Notes: generated by a model not told the origin, from the sequence alone. Shown: positions 30,707 to 41,132, numbered from the stretch's first letter. The stretch is 64,000 bases of DNA from Verrucomicrobiia bacterium (GCA_963664225.1 OY760937.1:1824001-1888000), one strand, 5' to 3'. Numbers and translations are program-made.

Positions 30707-32356
30707 TTACTTGGGCAACTGTGCGAGCGCTTCGGGATGTGCCTTGGCCCAGGCTTTTGGGGTAATGGTTGGCACCTCACTTTGCTGCATGTTGGGGAGG
30801 CGGCTGAGCACATCACGCAAATAGAGGGCCGGATTGATTTTATGGCGATGACAACTGCCCAGGATCGAGTAGATCACGGCGCTTCGCCAGCCCGCCTCGG
30901 GATGGCCAATGAACAGGAAGTTCTTTTTCCCAATGGCCGTGGGCCGAATTATGTTCTCGATCGGATTATTATCAATCGCCACCTCCCCGAACTGGGCATA
31001 TTGATTCAACTCTGTCCACAAACCCCTGGCATAATGGATGGCCTTGCCCAGAAGGCTTTGGGGCAAAATCTTGGGCTCGATTTTCTCCAGCGCCCTTCCA
31101 ATGCGCGCGAGCACGGGCTTGGCCTCCGCAGCCCGCACGGCTTCCCGCAGGTTGGGCCCGGCCTTCTGCTGGCTCAGACGTCGTTCAATCTCATAGAGCA
31201 GGCTGATTTGCTTCAAAAACCAGGCCGCGTGCCGGTCATGATCCTTGGCCTTATGGAAATATCGCCGGCAATGGGCCCAGCAACCGATCAGGGTCCAATC
31301 CTCCCGTTCCCTAGCCAAAGATTGATAGACGCCATAGCCATCGCATTGGAGCTTGCCCTTGAAAGTCTCCAGAAACGCCTTGGGTCCTTCCCGGCCCCGG
31401 CTGGTCTTCCACTCGAAAATCACATCTCCGCCTGGCTGGCCATACACCCAGAAGTATCCCGTGCAACTGCGCCCGGGCACTTCCCGGTCCAGATATTGAA
31501 TGGGGGTCTCGTCGGCTTGAAGATATTTGGCGGCGCGCAGTCCAGCGGCCATCTCGCGATAGACCGGCAGGAACCAATCGGCCAGGCGTTCGGTCCAATC
31601 GACCATTGTCTGCCGGGCGATGGGCACCCTGTGTCGTTCCCGGAAGATCTTTTCCAGCCGGTAAAAGGGCAGATGATCTTCAAAGCGGCTCAAAATCAAG
31701 TGGACCAGCAAGCCCACTCCCGGCAGTCCTTTTTCGATCAGCCGGTTGGGCAGCTCCGCGATCAGAACCTCCCTGACCTCGGGCAACGAGGTCATTGCCA
31801 GGGCCAACGCCAGCGGCGGCAGCTTGCCTTCCGGTGTCGTGAGCGAAATTTCGGGGGCCGGGGCCGCCGCAGTCCGACGCACAAACTTTGGCCGCGTAAT
31901 TTCCCTCCAGAAAAACCGGCCCGGCTCATAGTCCAATTCCCGTGTGATCAGCTGGTCAATCTGGCGGAACTGGTCCGGGTTGGCTTTCACCTCGTCGGGC
32001 AGCAGCACCACCTTTTCAATGGGCAGATTCTCCGGAATCCCCGAACGGGCCGGTTTGCGATTTGTCGTGGCTTTGGAAGCCGGGGCGGATTGGACCGGGG
32101 TGGCCGCAACCGGGGCGGAGGTTCCTGCCAGTCCGCTCAAGAGCAGAAGCAGTTGGTTGGGATCGAGGGTCTCGTTTTTGGGTGAACCAAAATACTGGCG
32201 GATCAGGGCATCGATTTTCTGGCGCAGGAGCTTGTTCTCGCTGGACAGAGACTGCACCTGACTTTCGAGCTGACCAACGGCCTGGAGGACGACACCGCGG
32301 AAGGACTCGGGCATCTGAGCCAGAAGTTCGGGAGTCAGTGACGGTGCTGGATTCAT
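30707..32356 (-). CDS. tnpC: IS66 transposase TnpC
   Basis: DHLPFYR, LQADETP, LQCDGYGVY, CWAHCRRYF, IDNNPIEN.IRP.AIGKKNFLF. Confidence 0.95.
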   Translation of the reverse strand: MNPAPSLTPELLAQMPESFRGVVLQAVGQLESQVQSLSSENKLLRQKIDALIRQYFGSPKNETLDPNQLLLLLSGLAGTSAPVAATPVQSAPASKATTNRKPARSGIPENLPIEKVVLLPDEVKANPDQFRQIDQLITRELDYEPGRFFWREITRPKFVRRTAAAPAPEISLTTPEGKLPPLALALAMTSLPEVREVLIAELPNRLIEKGLPGVGLLVHLILSRFEDHLPFYRLEKIFRERHRVPIARQTMVDWTERLADWFLPVYREMAAGLRAAKYLQADETPIQYLDREVPGRSCTGYFWVYGQPGGDVIFEWKTSRGREGPKAFLETFKGKLQCDGYGVYQSLAREREDWTLIGCWAHCRRYFHKAKDHDRHAAWFLKQISLLYEIERRLSQQKAGPNLREAVRAAEAKPVLARIGRALEKIEPKILPQSLLGKAIHYARGLWTELNQYAQFGEVAIDNNPIENIIRPTAIGKKNFLFIGHPEAGWRSAVIYSILGSCHRHKINPALYLRDVLSRLPNMQQSEVPTITPKAWAKAHPEALAQLPK

Positions 32357-32422
32357 TGTTATTACTCATAACAATATAAATTATTATGTCAATAGTTATA
32401 CGCAATTTATTTTAAGAATCTT

Positions 32423-32758
32423 TCAGTTTCGCCGCCAGTCTTTGCGTGCGCGGATCTCCAATCCGTTGACTAACGCGCTGAGTTCCTCGGCGCGCAAGTT
32501 TGCCTGCAATCCCTCCCCTTGTGGCCAGGTAAATCGACCCCGCTCCAAACGTTTTGTGCTGACCCAAAGTCCGCTGCCGTCCCAGTAAAGGGCCTTGAGA
32601 CGGTTCCGGTGTTTGTTGGTGAACAAAAAAAGATGGCCCGAGAGAGGATCCTGACGCAAGGACTCCTGGACCCAGGCACACAGCCCGTTAAAGGACTGGC
32701 GCAAGTCCATCGGAGCCAGGGCAACGAAGATACGTGTGGCGGCAGTGGGCGTGATCAT
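32423..32758 (-). CDS. tnpB: IS66 accessory protein TnpB
   Basis: DLRQSFNGL, DPLSGHLFLFTN, LYWDGSGLW..KRLERGRFTWP. Confidence 0.95.
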   Translation of the reverse strand: MITPTAATRIFVALAPMDLRQSFNGLCAWVQESLRQDPLSGHLFLFTNKHRNRLKALYWDGSGLWVSTKRLERGRFTWPQGEGLQANLRAEELSALVNGLEIRARKDWRRN

Positions 32759-33102
32759 GAACGCGCCCCAAGCCAGGGTTGCAAAAGTCGGTCGGCCAGG
32801 TCCCCAGTCAGGCGCACCGCGGTCCCGTCGGCAAAGGTGATTTCCGCAGCCCAAGGCGAATTTCCCAGCAGGGAAGCCAGAGGGACTTCCTGCAGGCGTG
32901 GCAGTGCGGGTGGTTCCACGGCGGTGGGCACCGGGTCTCTGAGCCACCTCCCCAATGTGGACAATCCGATGCCATACTCAGAAGCAAAGGCGCGCCGCGT
33001 CAATCCACTCTGGTGATAGCGAAGGATCCATTGGGCACGTTGTTCACATGTGGTTTGCGGAAATCGATTTGAGGATGCAGTTCGGTGCTTCACGCCCCCC
33101 AT
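32755..33102 (-). CDS. tnpA: IS66 accessory protein TnpA (HTH)
   Basis: YHQSGLTRRAFASEYGIGLSTLGRW; 4-bp overlap with tnpB. Confidence 0.85.
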   Translation of the reverse strand: MGGVKHRTASSNRFPQTTCEQRAQWILRYHQSGLTRRAFASEYGIGLSTLGRWLRDPVPTAVEPPALPRLQEVPLASLLGNSPWAAEITFADGTAVRLTGDLADRLLQPWLGARS

Positions 33103-33353
33103 TTAACCACTTCAGCCCGGCCATTGCCTATAGCCACTTCGCCTGACGGATACTTTGGTGTCGCGGGCGTCACCGGCCCGATTCTGGCGGGCATACTGCG
33201 CGAGAAGTTCGGTTCCTACTCCCACTCGTTCACCATTTGCGCCGCGATGCTCCTGGTGGCTGCTGTCCTGGCATACACCACGAAAGCGCCCAAGACGGAG
33301 TAGAGTCATACTGGCCTTGGAGCTTTTCCAAGGCCACAGTGGTTTGGTTGGTT

Positions 33354-36300
33354 CTATTTCGCCACGACTGTGGGAGATAAGACCAGGGCGATGTTATCTG
33401 CACAGGCGTCATCGTATTTGCCGTCGACGAGGTTGAATTGCAGGCGGACTTCCACGTTGCGTGTGCCCGCAGGCAAAATCCCACTGGCGGATTTGAGGAG
33501 GAACATCGTTTTATAATCCCGCTCCGCCAACAGCACTGGCCCGATCACCGCCTCGCCCAGAGACTTGCCGTCTGCGGCCAGAAACCGCGCATGCACCTCG
33601 GCATTGTCTTTTTGGCCACCCACACCGCCCAGAAATGCGGTGAGTTTGTAACGAACGAATTTGTTGTCGATGACCGATCCCACGTCCGAAACTGAGAGCG
33701 TCTGCGTTGCCGCTGAAACGGGACTATCCGGGCCGCCCACAAAGAACTGATTGCCGCGATTTAAAGGCCCGGGCGTATTGGTCGTGGGGAAACCGCCCGG
33801 TGTGCCATACTTGAGCACCGTCAACTGATTCGTCACAGTCCAACCGGGAATCTCCACGGTTCGGTAACTGCTGACCGAAGCAACGCCGGATTCGGCATCC
33901 CCGTTCTTAACGAGATTGGTCCCAAAGAGACTGTTCTTGAGGAGTGCCACCTCGAACGGAATGTTCGCCGCCGCCATGGCCACCGGCGCTTCCGGTTCGA
34001 CGACTGGTTTTTCCACTTTCGGTTCCACAACCGCCGAGGCAACAGAGGCCACCGCGGGTATTGTGGCACTGGCCATTCCCGCCGGAGGTGGAATCGGAAT
34101 CGTCTCAGGTTCGGAAGGTTTGGCGACCGGTTTTGCGGTTTCAACCTCCCGGGGTTTGCTCGCAGTGGCAAGGGTCGCAACCGGCTTATCGACCATTGGC
34201 TTATCGACCATTGGCTTGACCTCGGCGGGTTTGATGGCGGACGGCGGTGTCGAGGCCGGTTTGGTCTCGGTTTCGACCGGCTTGGTCGCAACCACCGGAG
34301 TGCTGGCTGGCGGCAGGTTCTCAGAAATCCGCGCCACGAACGCGTCATAGCCGCCGCCTTTGCCACGGGATTGGAAGGGATTCGCCACCGGGTAATTGCC
34401 CGATGCCGTCGCGCCGACGATAACCACACTGCCATCGCGATCCGCGGCAATTGCCGCCCCCTGATCATTGGCCCCGCCACCCAGGTAGCTGCTCCAGGCC
34501 AGACTGGCGCCATCGGAATTGATTTTCGCCACAAAGGCATCCCATGTGCCACCACCGAAGCCCGGTTGCATGGAATGCAGTTGAGGCAGATTGGTCGAAG
34601 TCGTCAGACCCACCAGGTGGATGTTTTTTGCAGCGTCGATGGCCAGGGCGCCCAATTCCTCACCCGAGCCGCCAAAGTAGGTGGAGAAAATTAACGCGCT
34701 TCCAGCCGGGTTGACCTTGGCCAGGAACACATCCCGCCGTCCGGCATTGGCGGCTTGCATCGGCTTGACGGTCGGAAAGTTTGTCGAAAAGGTGTCCCCG
34801 GCGACATAGGCGTTTCCTTCCGCATCGATGGCCAGGCTGCGGCCCACATCATCCCCGCTGCCGCCCAGGAACGTCGAATAGACCAGACTTGACCCCCCGG
34901 CATTGAACTTGCACAGGAACGCATCGTAACCGCCCGCAAAACGACTTTGAATCGGGGCGACGAGGGGAAAATCCGGCGAGGAAGTGTAACCGGTGAAAAA
35001 GAGTTCTCCTGCCGCATTGACGGCAATGCCGATGGTGCTGTCGTAAGGACCGCTGCCGCCCAGGTAGGTGGAATAAACAGGCACGCCCGCAGGCGTCAGT
35101 TTCAAGGCCACCGAATCAAAATTCCCACGGTTCGCAGCCTGGAACGGCTTGACCACCGGAAAATTGGTCGAAGAAGTATCCCCGCCCGCATAAACATTGC
35201 CTGCCGGGTCCACCGCCACACAGGTCAGGTCGTCACTTCCGCTGCCACCCGCATAGCTGGAAAACACCAGTGACGCGCCGTCCGGGCTGAGCTTTGTGAT
35301 AAAGCCATCGCGCTCTCCCCCGCCGTAATTGGCCTGAAAAGGACTTGAAATGGGATAATTGATGGAGAAAGTCTGGCCCACCACCACCGCGCAGCCATTG
35401 GTATCCACGGCCAAGTGAAATCCCCGGTCATTGTTATTACCCCCGAGGTAAGTTGAATAGATGAGGTTGCCACCGTTGGCGCTGAATTTGCTCACGAAAA
35501 CATCGCAACCACCTGAGTTTGACTTACGCTGTGTCCCGACGGCTGGAAAATCCGTGGAAGTCGTCTGTCCGGAAACATAGACACAACCCTGGGCGTCCAC
35601 GGCAACACCAAACGCCTGATCATCGCCCGTGCCGCCAAGGAAAGTCGAAAAGACGAGCACCGGATCAATTACAAGTTTTTGAGTGGCATCGTATCGCCCC
35701 AGATCCAAGCCCGCCCGCCAGACACCCGGATGGGTCTCGGACAATCGGAACCGAGCGGCAACCTCCAGAGTCCGGCCTTCAACCACCTGGCGGGCCACAG
35801 GCCGACGATGTGTCACCACACCTGCAGCCGTTTGAATCACCATGTCCCCCCGGGCATCGATCTTAACGTTTTTCGCGCCTTCAAACACCAGTTGAATCGC
35901 CGCCGGATTCGCACCGGGCGCCACTTCGAAATCATATTCCAGGGCCTCCTGCCGGCCGTAATACACAAGGTCAATCCCCGGATACACCTGGTCGCACCGC
36001 ACACGGGCGAAGGTTCCGATTCCCGCGCGCCACGCTTCCGGCTGGTTCCCAATGAAATAATTCACACGACCCGACGCAGGCTCCAGACCTTCGATGGCCG
36101 CCGCCGGATTCGCGCCCGCCAATTTCACGTCCAGCGCGCCGCCGCGAAATTGCATCCGCGATTCCGAAGGCCCCAGCAGCAGGCTTCCGGCTGGCCCCCG
36201 GTGTAGAAACGCATATCCAGCGGGCGCTTGTCCGCGGTTGGCCTCAAAACTCAATGGGGCGCGCAACAGCGCGGCCGACAGCGCGGGATCCGATGCAATT

Positions 36301-36434
36301 GCGGTTGATGCTGCTGGCGCCACGGCTGAAGGGGTTAGGGGCAGCGCGCTCAGGGTGGAAACCCCCGCAGCCATCCCCAGACAAAGAAACGCGCGAATCG
36401 TGCCTGTTAGAGTTTTGGAATAGGGTGTGTTCAT
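33354..36434 (-). CDS. Secreted SBBP beta-propeller repeat protein with Pro/Lys/Glu linker and C-terminal galactose-binding-like domain
   Basis: PLSFEANRGQ, YPGIDL, LVIDPVL, repeats of STYLGG..D....IAVD..GN.Y..G.T.S.NFP; C-terminal NLVKNGDAE..ADNIAL. Confidence 0.88.
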   Translation of the reverse strand: MNTPYSKTLTGTIRAFLCLGMAAGVSTLSALPLTPSAVAPAASTAIASDPALSAALLRAPLSFEANRGQAPAGYAFLHRGPAGSLLLGPSESRMQFRGGALDVKLAGANPAAAIEGLEPASGRVNYFIGNQPEAWRAGIGTFARVRCDQVYPGIDLVYYGRQEALEYDFEVAPGANPAAIQLVFEGAKNVKIDARGDMVIQTAAGVVTHRRPVARQVVEGRTLEVAARFRLSETHPGVWRAGLDLGRYDATQKLVIDPVLVFSTFLGGTGDDQAFGVAVDAQGCVYVSGQTTSTDFPAVGTQRKSNSGGCDVFVSKFSANGGNLIYSTYLGGNNNDRGFHLAVDTNGCAVVVGQTFSINYPISSPFQANYGGGERDGFITKLSPDGASLVFSSYAGGSGSDDLTCVAVDPAGNVYAGGDTSSTNFPVVKPFQAANRGNFDSVALKLTPAGVPVYSTYLGGSGPYDSTIGIAVNAAGELFFTGYTSSPDFPLVAPIQSRFAGGYDAFLCKFNAGGSSLVYSTFLGGSGDDVGRSLAIDAEGNAYVAGDTFSTNFPTVKPMQAANAGRRDVFLAKVNPAGSALIFSTYFGGSGEELGALAIDAAKNIHLVGLTTSTNLPQLHSMQPGFGGGTWDAFVAKINSDGASLAWSSYLGGGANDQGAAIAADRDGSVVIVGATASGNYPVANPFQSRGKGGGYDAFVARISENLPPASTPVVATKPVETETKPASTPPSAIKPAEVKPMVDKPMVDKPVATLATASKPREVETAKPVAKPSEPETIPIPPPAGMASATIPAVASVASAVVEPKVEKPVVEPEAPVAMAAANIPFEVALLKNSLFGTNLVKNGDAESGVASVSSYRTVEIPGWTVTNQLTVLKYGTPGGFPTTNTPGPLNRGNQFFVGGPDSPVSAATQTLSVSDVGSVIDNKFVRYKLTAFLGGVGGQKDNAEVHARFLAADGKSLGEAVIGPVLLAERDYKTMFLLKSASGILPAGTRNVEVRLQFNLVDGKYDDACADNIALVLSPTVVAK
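34183..34217. repeat. 15-bp in-frame tandem duplication (KPMVD x2)
   Basis: GGCTTATCGACCATT x2 plus a partial copy. Confidence 0.85.
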
Positions 36435-36634
36435 GGTGTGATGCCCCCCAAGAGAGTGGAGGCGACGGAGGATTCTTGAATTCCGAGCCATGGCAGGCAT
36501 TGGAACAGCACATGACAGAAAAGACAATACTTTTGTCAATCCCTAATCGTCCGCTTCACTCGTCACCAAACGAAAGCGGAGCGCCCGCCATCGCGAACGC
36601 TCCGCCTGCATGAATCGATTTGGACGAACCGGAT

Positions 36635-39600
36635 CTATTTGAAGAGGTTCTTCAAGGATTTGATGGCGTTGACGGGGTTATTGGTATCCGCCGCCGGGGC
36701 GTTGGTGCTCCCGGGAGCATTGGTTCCACGCCCGAGCAATCCACCAAGGATGTTCTGCACCGCATTGGTCGATTTCAGGCCGCCAACCAGGTTTGTTACC
36801 GTACCGAGGGTACTGCCCACCGTTCCCGCCACCGAAGACGGCAGTCCGGAAATGTTTTTGGCCAGAATTCCCGCAACCGCCAGCTTATCGATTTGCGCGT
36901 CGTATTTGCCGACGGTGCCACCAATTTTCACGAAAGGCGGCAATGCCACGAATGTGGCATTGGTGGGCGCGTCAGCCGGATAAAGATTGGATTTGCGGGC
37001 GATATTGCTGCTCAAGAGGAGGGTCACTGGCAGGTCCAGTGTGGAGTTGGTCAGCACAGAGGCCAAGGTCACCGTGCCGACGCTTTGGACCTGCAACGCC
37101 GTGCTTGTAAGCGCGAATTTCCGGACGTCCACCTTGCCCGCCCCGATCTGAGTTTGGGACTCAATACCTGTCACGGGTGAATCAAGAAGATCCGGCATTC
37201 GCAGCACGATCAGGACGCTCTTGAGCACCGTGTTCATCATGCCGGTGCTTTTGAGGGTGATGTTCGCGTTGGTCACCAACAGGGAAGTGGCGCCCGAGAG
37301 GTTCTTTTGCAAATTAGGTCCGGTAACCCCCGCACCTTTGATCTGGAATTTGGCCGTGACATCGCCCTTATATTGACCTGGCTGCCCTTTCATAAAGGAG
37401 TTGGCCAGGGGTTCGACCGGCATATTGTCAGCATTGAGGGACATATCGTAAACATAGCCCGGCACGCCAAGGTTCAACGCCACGGATGCATCCACCGGCG
37501 CGCCATTAAACGCCAACTGGAACGGCTTGATATCGACCTGATTTCCGTGGATTTTCACCGTGGTCACCAGATTGCTGATGACCGTTTCGCGCACGTACAA
37601 CTTTCCAATTTTCGCGTCCAAACTCATGTCAGCCACGGGCAGATTCATAGCTGCGGGTTCTTTTTCAGGTCCGGCCGCCGCAGGTGCCTGGGCAGGCGCG
37701 GGCGCGTTCGTTGAAGCGGCGCTGAATTGATCGTACCAGGGCGTCAAATCGAGCGCCTCGGAGGCGAGGGTAAACTGGCCGGAATAAGCGTTGGTCCTGG
37801 ACATGTCCATGCGGCCCTGCATTTGCACGCTATTGCTGGCGCGACTGGTTGGTTCCAAACTTACGAGCAGTTTTTTTAATTCGACGATGTTGGTGGCCAT
37901 GGACGCATCCAATTGGGCCGAGACGGCGAGCGGTTTGGTTTTCTCGGCACCTGTGCCGCCGCCCAACACCAGATTGGAAATTTTGACATCGCCCTGAACT
38001 GCGGATTGGGCCTTGGGATCATAGGTCAAAATAATTTTTGGCGAGCTGATCGCAATGGAGGTCAGAGTGCGCGGGGCCAGGGAGGCCGCCAGGAAGGGGC
38101 GCAGCGCGTTCTCGTTCATGTCCAGATTGGAAATGGTGATTTGAGCTGACTTTAACGATGAAGTATTCGTCGGCGCATTGGTGGCGGTATTGAGATCGAA
38201 ACTTCCGGAGAGGCTCATGCCGCCACCGGACTGATCGCCCTGGCGTGTGGCAAGAGTCAACCGGTTGACTCGGGCCTGATTTCCCTTGAGGTCCGCATCG
38301 AAATCCACAGCGACCTGATATTTATCCAGCGCGTAAGGCTCGTAGCGTCCTGTTAATTCGGACAGGGAGAACGATCCGGAATAGGTCTGACCACCGGATT
38401 TGCTGGTGAAGAGGCCATTGCCTTTGGCGGTGCCCTCGCTCAGCTTCAGACCCGCAACGGGATATTTCTTTAACAACTCGGCCAGTTTGCTTTCAAACGT
38501 GGCGCGCACGCTGTATTCGCCTGTTTTGATCTGGTAATTGATGGCGGCATCGACCATGGCCATCGGTTGGTCCGCCTCTGAAACCTCAACCTTGAATTTC
38601 TGTATCTCGGCCTTGTCCATGTCGCTCAGTTTTCCATTCACCTGCGCCTTGATAAGCCCCATCGACAGGGCGTTGGTTCCCATCCGCGCGGAGAATTGCC
38701 GCACTTGGGCCGTCATATCCATCGTCATCTGGCGTCCGTCCTGCTGGGAAAGAATCTGGCCGTTGGCTGAAACGATGCCTTTGGGCGCCATGTCTCCCGC
38801 CAGGAAACCCCAGTCGTTCAAATCGAGATTGGTCACCACAAGGCTGACCACCGATTCCTTGACGTTCGCGCTTTCATTGCCCCAGGAGAGCGAGAGCGGA
38901 CGATCCAATGCAAGTCGCAGCATGTCTCCGGCGGCAGCCTGCGTTTGCGAACGCCGGGCTGAAGCGTTCAATTGTTGAACGATGGCCTGCTGCTTGGAGA
39001 GATTGGCGTCCAACCGGTAATTCAAATCGAAATCCAGGAGAGGAGTCGCCTGCTTGTTCTGGATGATGCCGGCATTGGCGCCCGTCAGGCGACCGCTAAT
39101 GGCAAACACGTTGCCCTGCGAGGTGACATCCACGGTGTTGGTGGCGTTGACCACGGTGGTTCCGAAATCCCATCCGTGAGCGGCTCCGGCCAGATTGAGC
39201 ACCTGACGATCCAGGGCCAACAGGTCCACTTTCAACCGGCCTTCCTTTTTGGCCAGATCCATCGGACCGCTGATTTTTAACTGACCCAGTTTGACATCCC
39301 CTCGCTTGAATTGCAGCGCCAGTTGTTGAATTTCGGCGGGCGTGACCTGGCAATCCAAAACAGCGCCCAGATTCGCGGCCTCCTTGAACGCTCCATGGCC
39401 CTGTTCCACCTGTAATTGGGTAAGGCCGCTGATGGTCTCCGGCAGCAAATCCGCCGCCAGTTTGAAGTTATACGAGCCGTTGATTTTCGCCTGCAATCCA
39501 TCGTTCTCGACTGCGGGCTTGCCTGCGACGGGGGCGTGTTGCACTTCCACTTTCAGCCCCGCCGCCACGGTGAATTTCCCCGACTGGTTGTTTGCGGCCT

Positions 39601-40168
39601 GATCGATGCCGACATTCAAATCGGAAACATCGATCGTTTGTTTGTCGCCGTTTTTGGCCACACTGACCTGGCGCACAGATCCCTGCGTCAACGCCACATT
39701 CTTTAATGACACCTGCATGGGCGCCGCAGGTTTGGCGGGCGCGGCAGGCGTGGCGCTCTTCTTGAGCAGCGGATCGAGATTGCTGGTGCCGTCGGCGTTT
39801 TGCACCAACACGACTTTGGGGGTGGTGAGGCGCAGTTCATCGACCACATAGTTGCCCTTGAGAATCGACATCAGGCTGTAGCGCACGCGCAATTCCTCGG
39901 CCTCCAGCAGGGGTTCCGTGCCGGTGGTTTTGACTTTCACACCGCGAACCACGACCTGCGAGAACGGGCTCAGGGAGATGGTGTCGGCCTCGATGGTGGC
40001 GTTCATCGCCGCGCCGACCTTGGGCAGAACCACCGCCTTGATGAAGCCTGAGCTGGTGACGACGAAGAAAGCCACGACCAGGAGCACCACGAGGATGCCC
40101 AGAACCCAGACCAGTTTGCGCAGCAGGGAAGACGGCGCCCTGCCAGGAGTATTAGTTGTCTCTGACAT
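36635..40168 (-). CDS. AsmA-family protein
   Basis: N-terminal TM anchor, NADGTSNLD, long beta-rich body, AsmA-like C-terminus. Confidence 0.85.
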   Translation of the reverse strand: MSETTNTPGRAPSSLLRKLVWVLGILVVLLVVAFFVVTSSGFIKAVVLPKVGAAMNATIEADTISLSPFSQVVVRGVKVKTTGTEPLLEAEELRVRYSLMSILKGNYVVDELRLTTPKVVLVQNADGTSNLDPLLKKSATPAAPAKPAAPMQVSLKNVALTQGSVRQVSVAKNGDKQTIDVSDLNVGIDQAANNQSGKFTVAAGLKVEVQHAPVAGKPAVENDGLQAKINGSYNFKLAADLLPETISGLTQLQVEQGHGAFKEAANLGAVLDCQVTPAEIQQLALQFKRGDVKLGQLKISGPMDLAKKEGRLKVDLLALDRQVLNLAGAAHGWDFGTTVVNATNTVDVTSQGNVFAISGRLTGANAGIIQNKQATPLLDFDLNYRLDANLSKQQAIVQQLNASARRSQTQAAAGDMLRLALDRPLSLSWGNESANVKESVVSLVVTNLDLNDWGFLAGDMAPKGIVSANGQILSQQDGRQMTMDMTAQVRQFSARMGTNALSMGLIKAQVNGKLSDMDKAEIQKFKVEVSEADQPMAMVDAAINYQIKTGEYSVRATFESKLAELLKKYPVAGLKLSEGTAKGNGLFTSKSGGQTYSGSFSLSELTGRYEPYALDKYQVAVDFDADLKGNQARVNRLTLATRQGDQSGGGMSLSGSFDLNTATNAPTNTSSLKSAQITISNLDMNENALRPFLAASLAPRTLTSIAISSPKIILTYDPKAQSAVQGDVKISNLVLGGGTGAEKTKPLAVSAQLDASMATNIVELKKLLVSLEPTSRASNSVQMQGRMDMSRTNAYSGQFTLASEALDLTPWYDQFSAASTNAPAPAQAPAAAGPEKEPAAMNLPVADMSLDAKIGKLYVRETVISNLVTTVKIHGNQVDIKPFQLAFNGAPVDASVALNLGVPGYVYDMSLNADNMPVEPLANSFMKGQPGQYKGDVTAKFQIKGAGVTGPNLQKNLSGATSLLVTNANITLKSTGMMNTVLKSVLIVLRMPDLLDSPVTGIESQTQIGAGKVDVRKFALTSTALQVQSVGTVTLASVLTNSTLDLPVTLLLSSNIARKSNLYPADAPTNATFVALPPFVKIGGTVGKYDAQIDKLAVAGILAKNISGLPSSVAGTVGSTLGTVTNLVGGLKSTNAVQNILGGLLGRGTNAPGSTNAPAADTNNPVNAIKSLKNLFK

Positions 40169-40202
40169 AACGATTTATTAAGTGAATTGTTTTCGAAAAG
40201 AT

Positions 40203-41132
40203 TCAGCGCCCTTCAATGATGCGAATATAATCCTCAATTCCCCGGGCGGGCGGAAATTGCGGTTGGAAATTAAGATCCTGCCGGGCGAGAGTCATGTCCG
40301 CCTCGGTGTGTCGTTGATAGAAGCTGGAGTAGGGATTCTCGATGTAGTCGGGCGCCAAACGCGTTCCAAGACACTGATTAATCACCTCGATTGTCTCGTT
40401 GAACGACACCGGGCAGCCTGAACCGCAGTTGTAAATCCCGCTGTGGCGCGCGTTCAATGCCTGCAAATTCATCGCCACCACGTCTTTGACATACACGAAA
40501 TCGCGCTTTTGCTCGCCGGAGGCGAACACACGGGGGCGTTTTCCAGACTTCATCTGCGTGTAGAGCTGGTAAACCATGCTCGCGGCCGCTTTTTTATGGA
40601 TTTCCCGGGGGCCATAGACGTTGAAATACCGCAGGCCCACAATGCGCCAGGACGGGGTTCGCCGCGCATAGGTGCGCGCCAAATTGTCGAGCTGGACTTT
40701 GGAAAAAGCGTAAATGTTTGCGGGCGCGGGTGTTTGCGACTCCAGCATTTGGCCCTCGCCGCCCATGCCATAGGTGGCGGCCGAAGACGCGTAGATCACG
40801 GGCGTCTGGTTTGGCGCGGCGAAATCAAGCAGGCGACGAAATCCCTCGATATTGTCGTGCGCCTGCAAAAGCTGATCATGCACGGTTGTGTCGGTGATGG
40901 AGGCCTCGTGATAGATCACGTCAAAACTCACATCCTTGAACTGGGCGTTCCAGTCCAGACGCGAAACATCCGCGGCCACAAAGTCGCCGTGAAAACCCTG
41001 CAAATTTTTAAACAGGCCGGATCGAAAGTCGTCCACCACCACAATGGAAGCGTCAGGAAACTGCTCCTGCAACGCCAGTGTGAGATTGGACCCAATGAAA
41101 CCCGCGCCACCCGTCACCAATATACTCCGCAT
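40203..41132 (-). CDS. rfaD: ADP-L-glycero-D-manno-heptose 6-epimerase
   Basis: VTGGAGFIGSN, YASSAATYG, YAFSK, RYFNVYGPRE.HK, RDFVYVKD. Confidence 0.88.
   Translation of the reverse strand: MRSILVTGGAGFIGSNLTLALQEQFPDASIVVVDDFRSGLFKNLQGFHGDFVAADVSRLDWNAQFKDVSFDVIYHEASITDTTVHDQLLQAHDNIEGFRRLLDFAAPNQTPVIYASSAATYGMGGEGQMLESQTPAPANIYAFSKVQLDNLARTYARRTPSWRIVGLRYFNVYGPREIHKKAAASMVYQLYTQMKSGKRPRVFASGEQKRDFVYVKDVVAMNLQALNARHSGIYNCGSGCPVSFNETIEVINQCLGTRLAPDYIENPYSSFYQRHTEADMTLARQDLNFQPQFPPARGIEDYIRIIEGR

Larger units (their letters stand above)
30597..33153 (-). mobile_element. IS66-family insertion sequence, complete (2557 bp)
   Basis: 32-bp terminal IRs GTATCCGTCAGGCGAAGTGGC(A/T)ATAGGCAATG with 1 mismatch; 8-bp TSD TTTGGTGT at 30589-30596 and 33154-33161; tnpA-tnpB-tnpC. 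Confidence 0.97.
29515..33303 (+). pseudogene. OFA-family (oxalate/formate antiporter-like) MFS transporter interrupted by IS66
   Basis: 5' part 29515-30596 (GALYAWGV, KWF..KKGLITG, SDRIGR); 3' part resumes at 33154; removing the IS and one TSD restores ..LLFTAFGVAGVTGPILAG..KTE*. Confidence 0.92.

Noticed and set aside
32423..32758. TnpB as an RNA-guided nuclease
   Set aside because: IS66 TnpB is a ~110-aa accessory protein unrelated to IS200/IS605 TnpB
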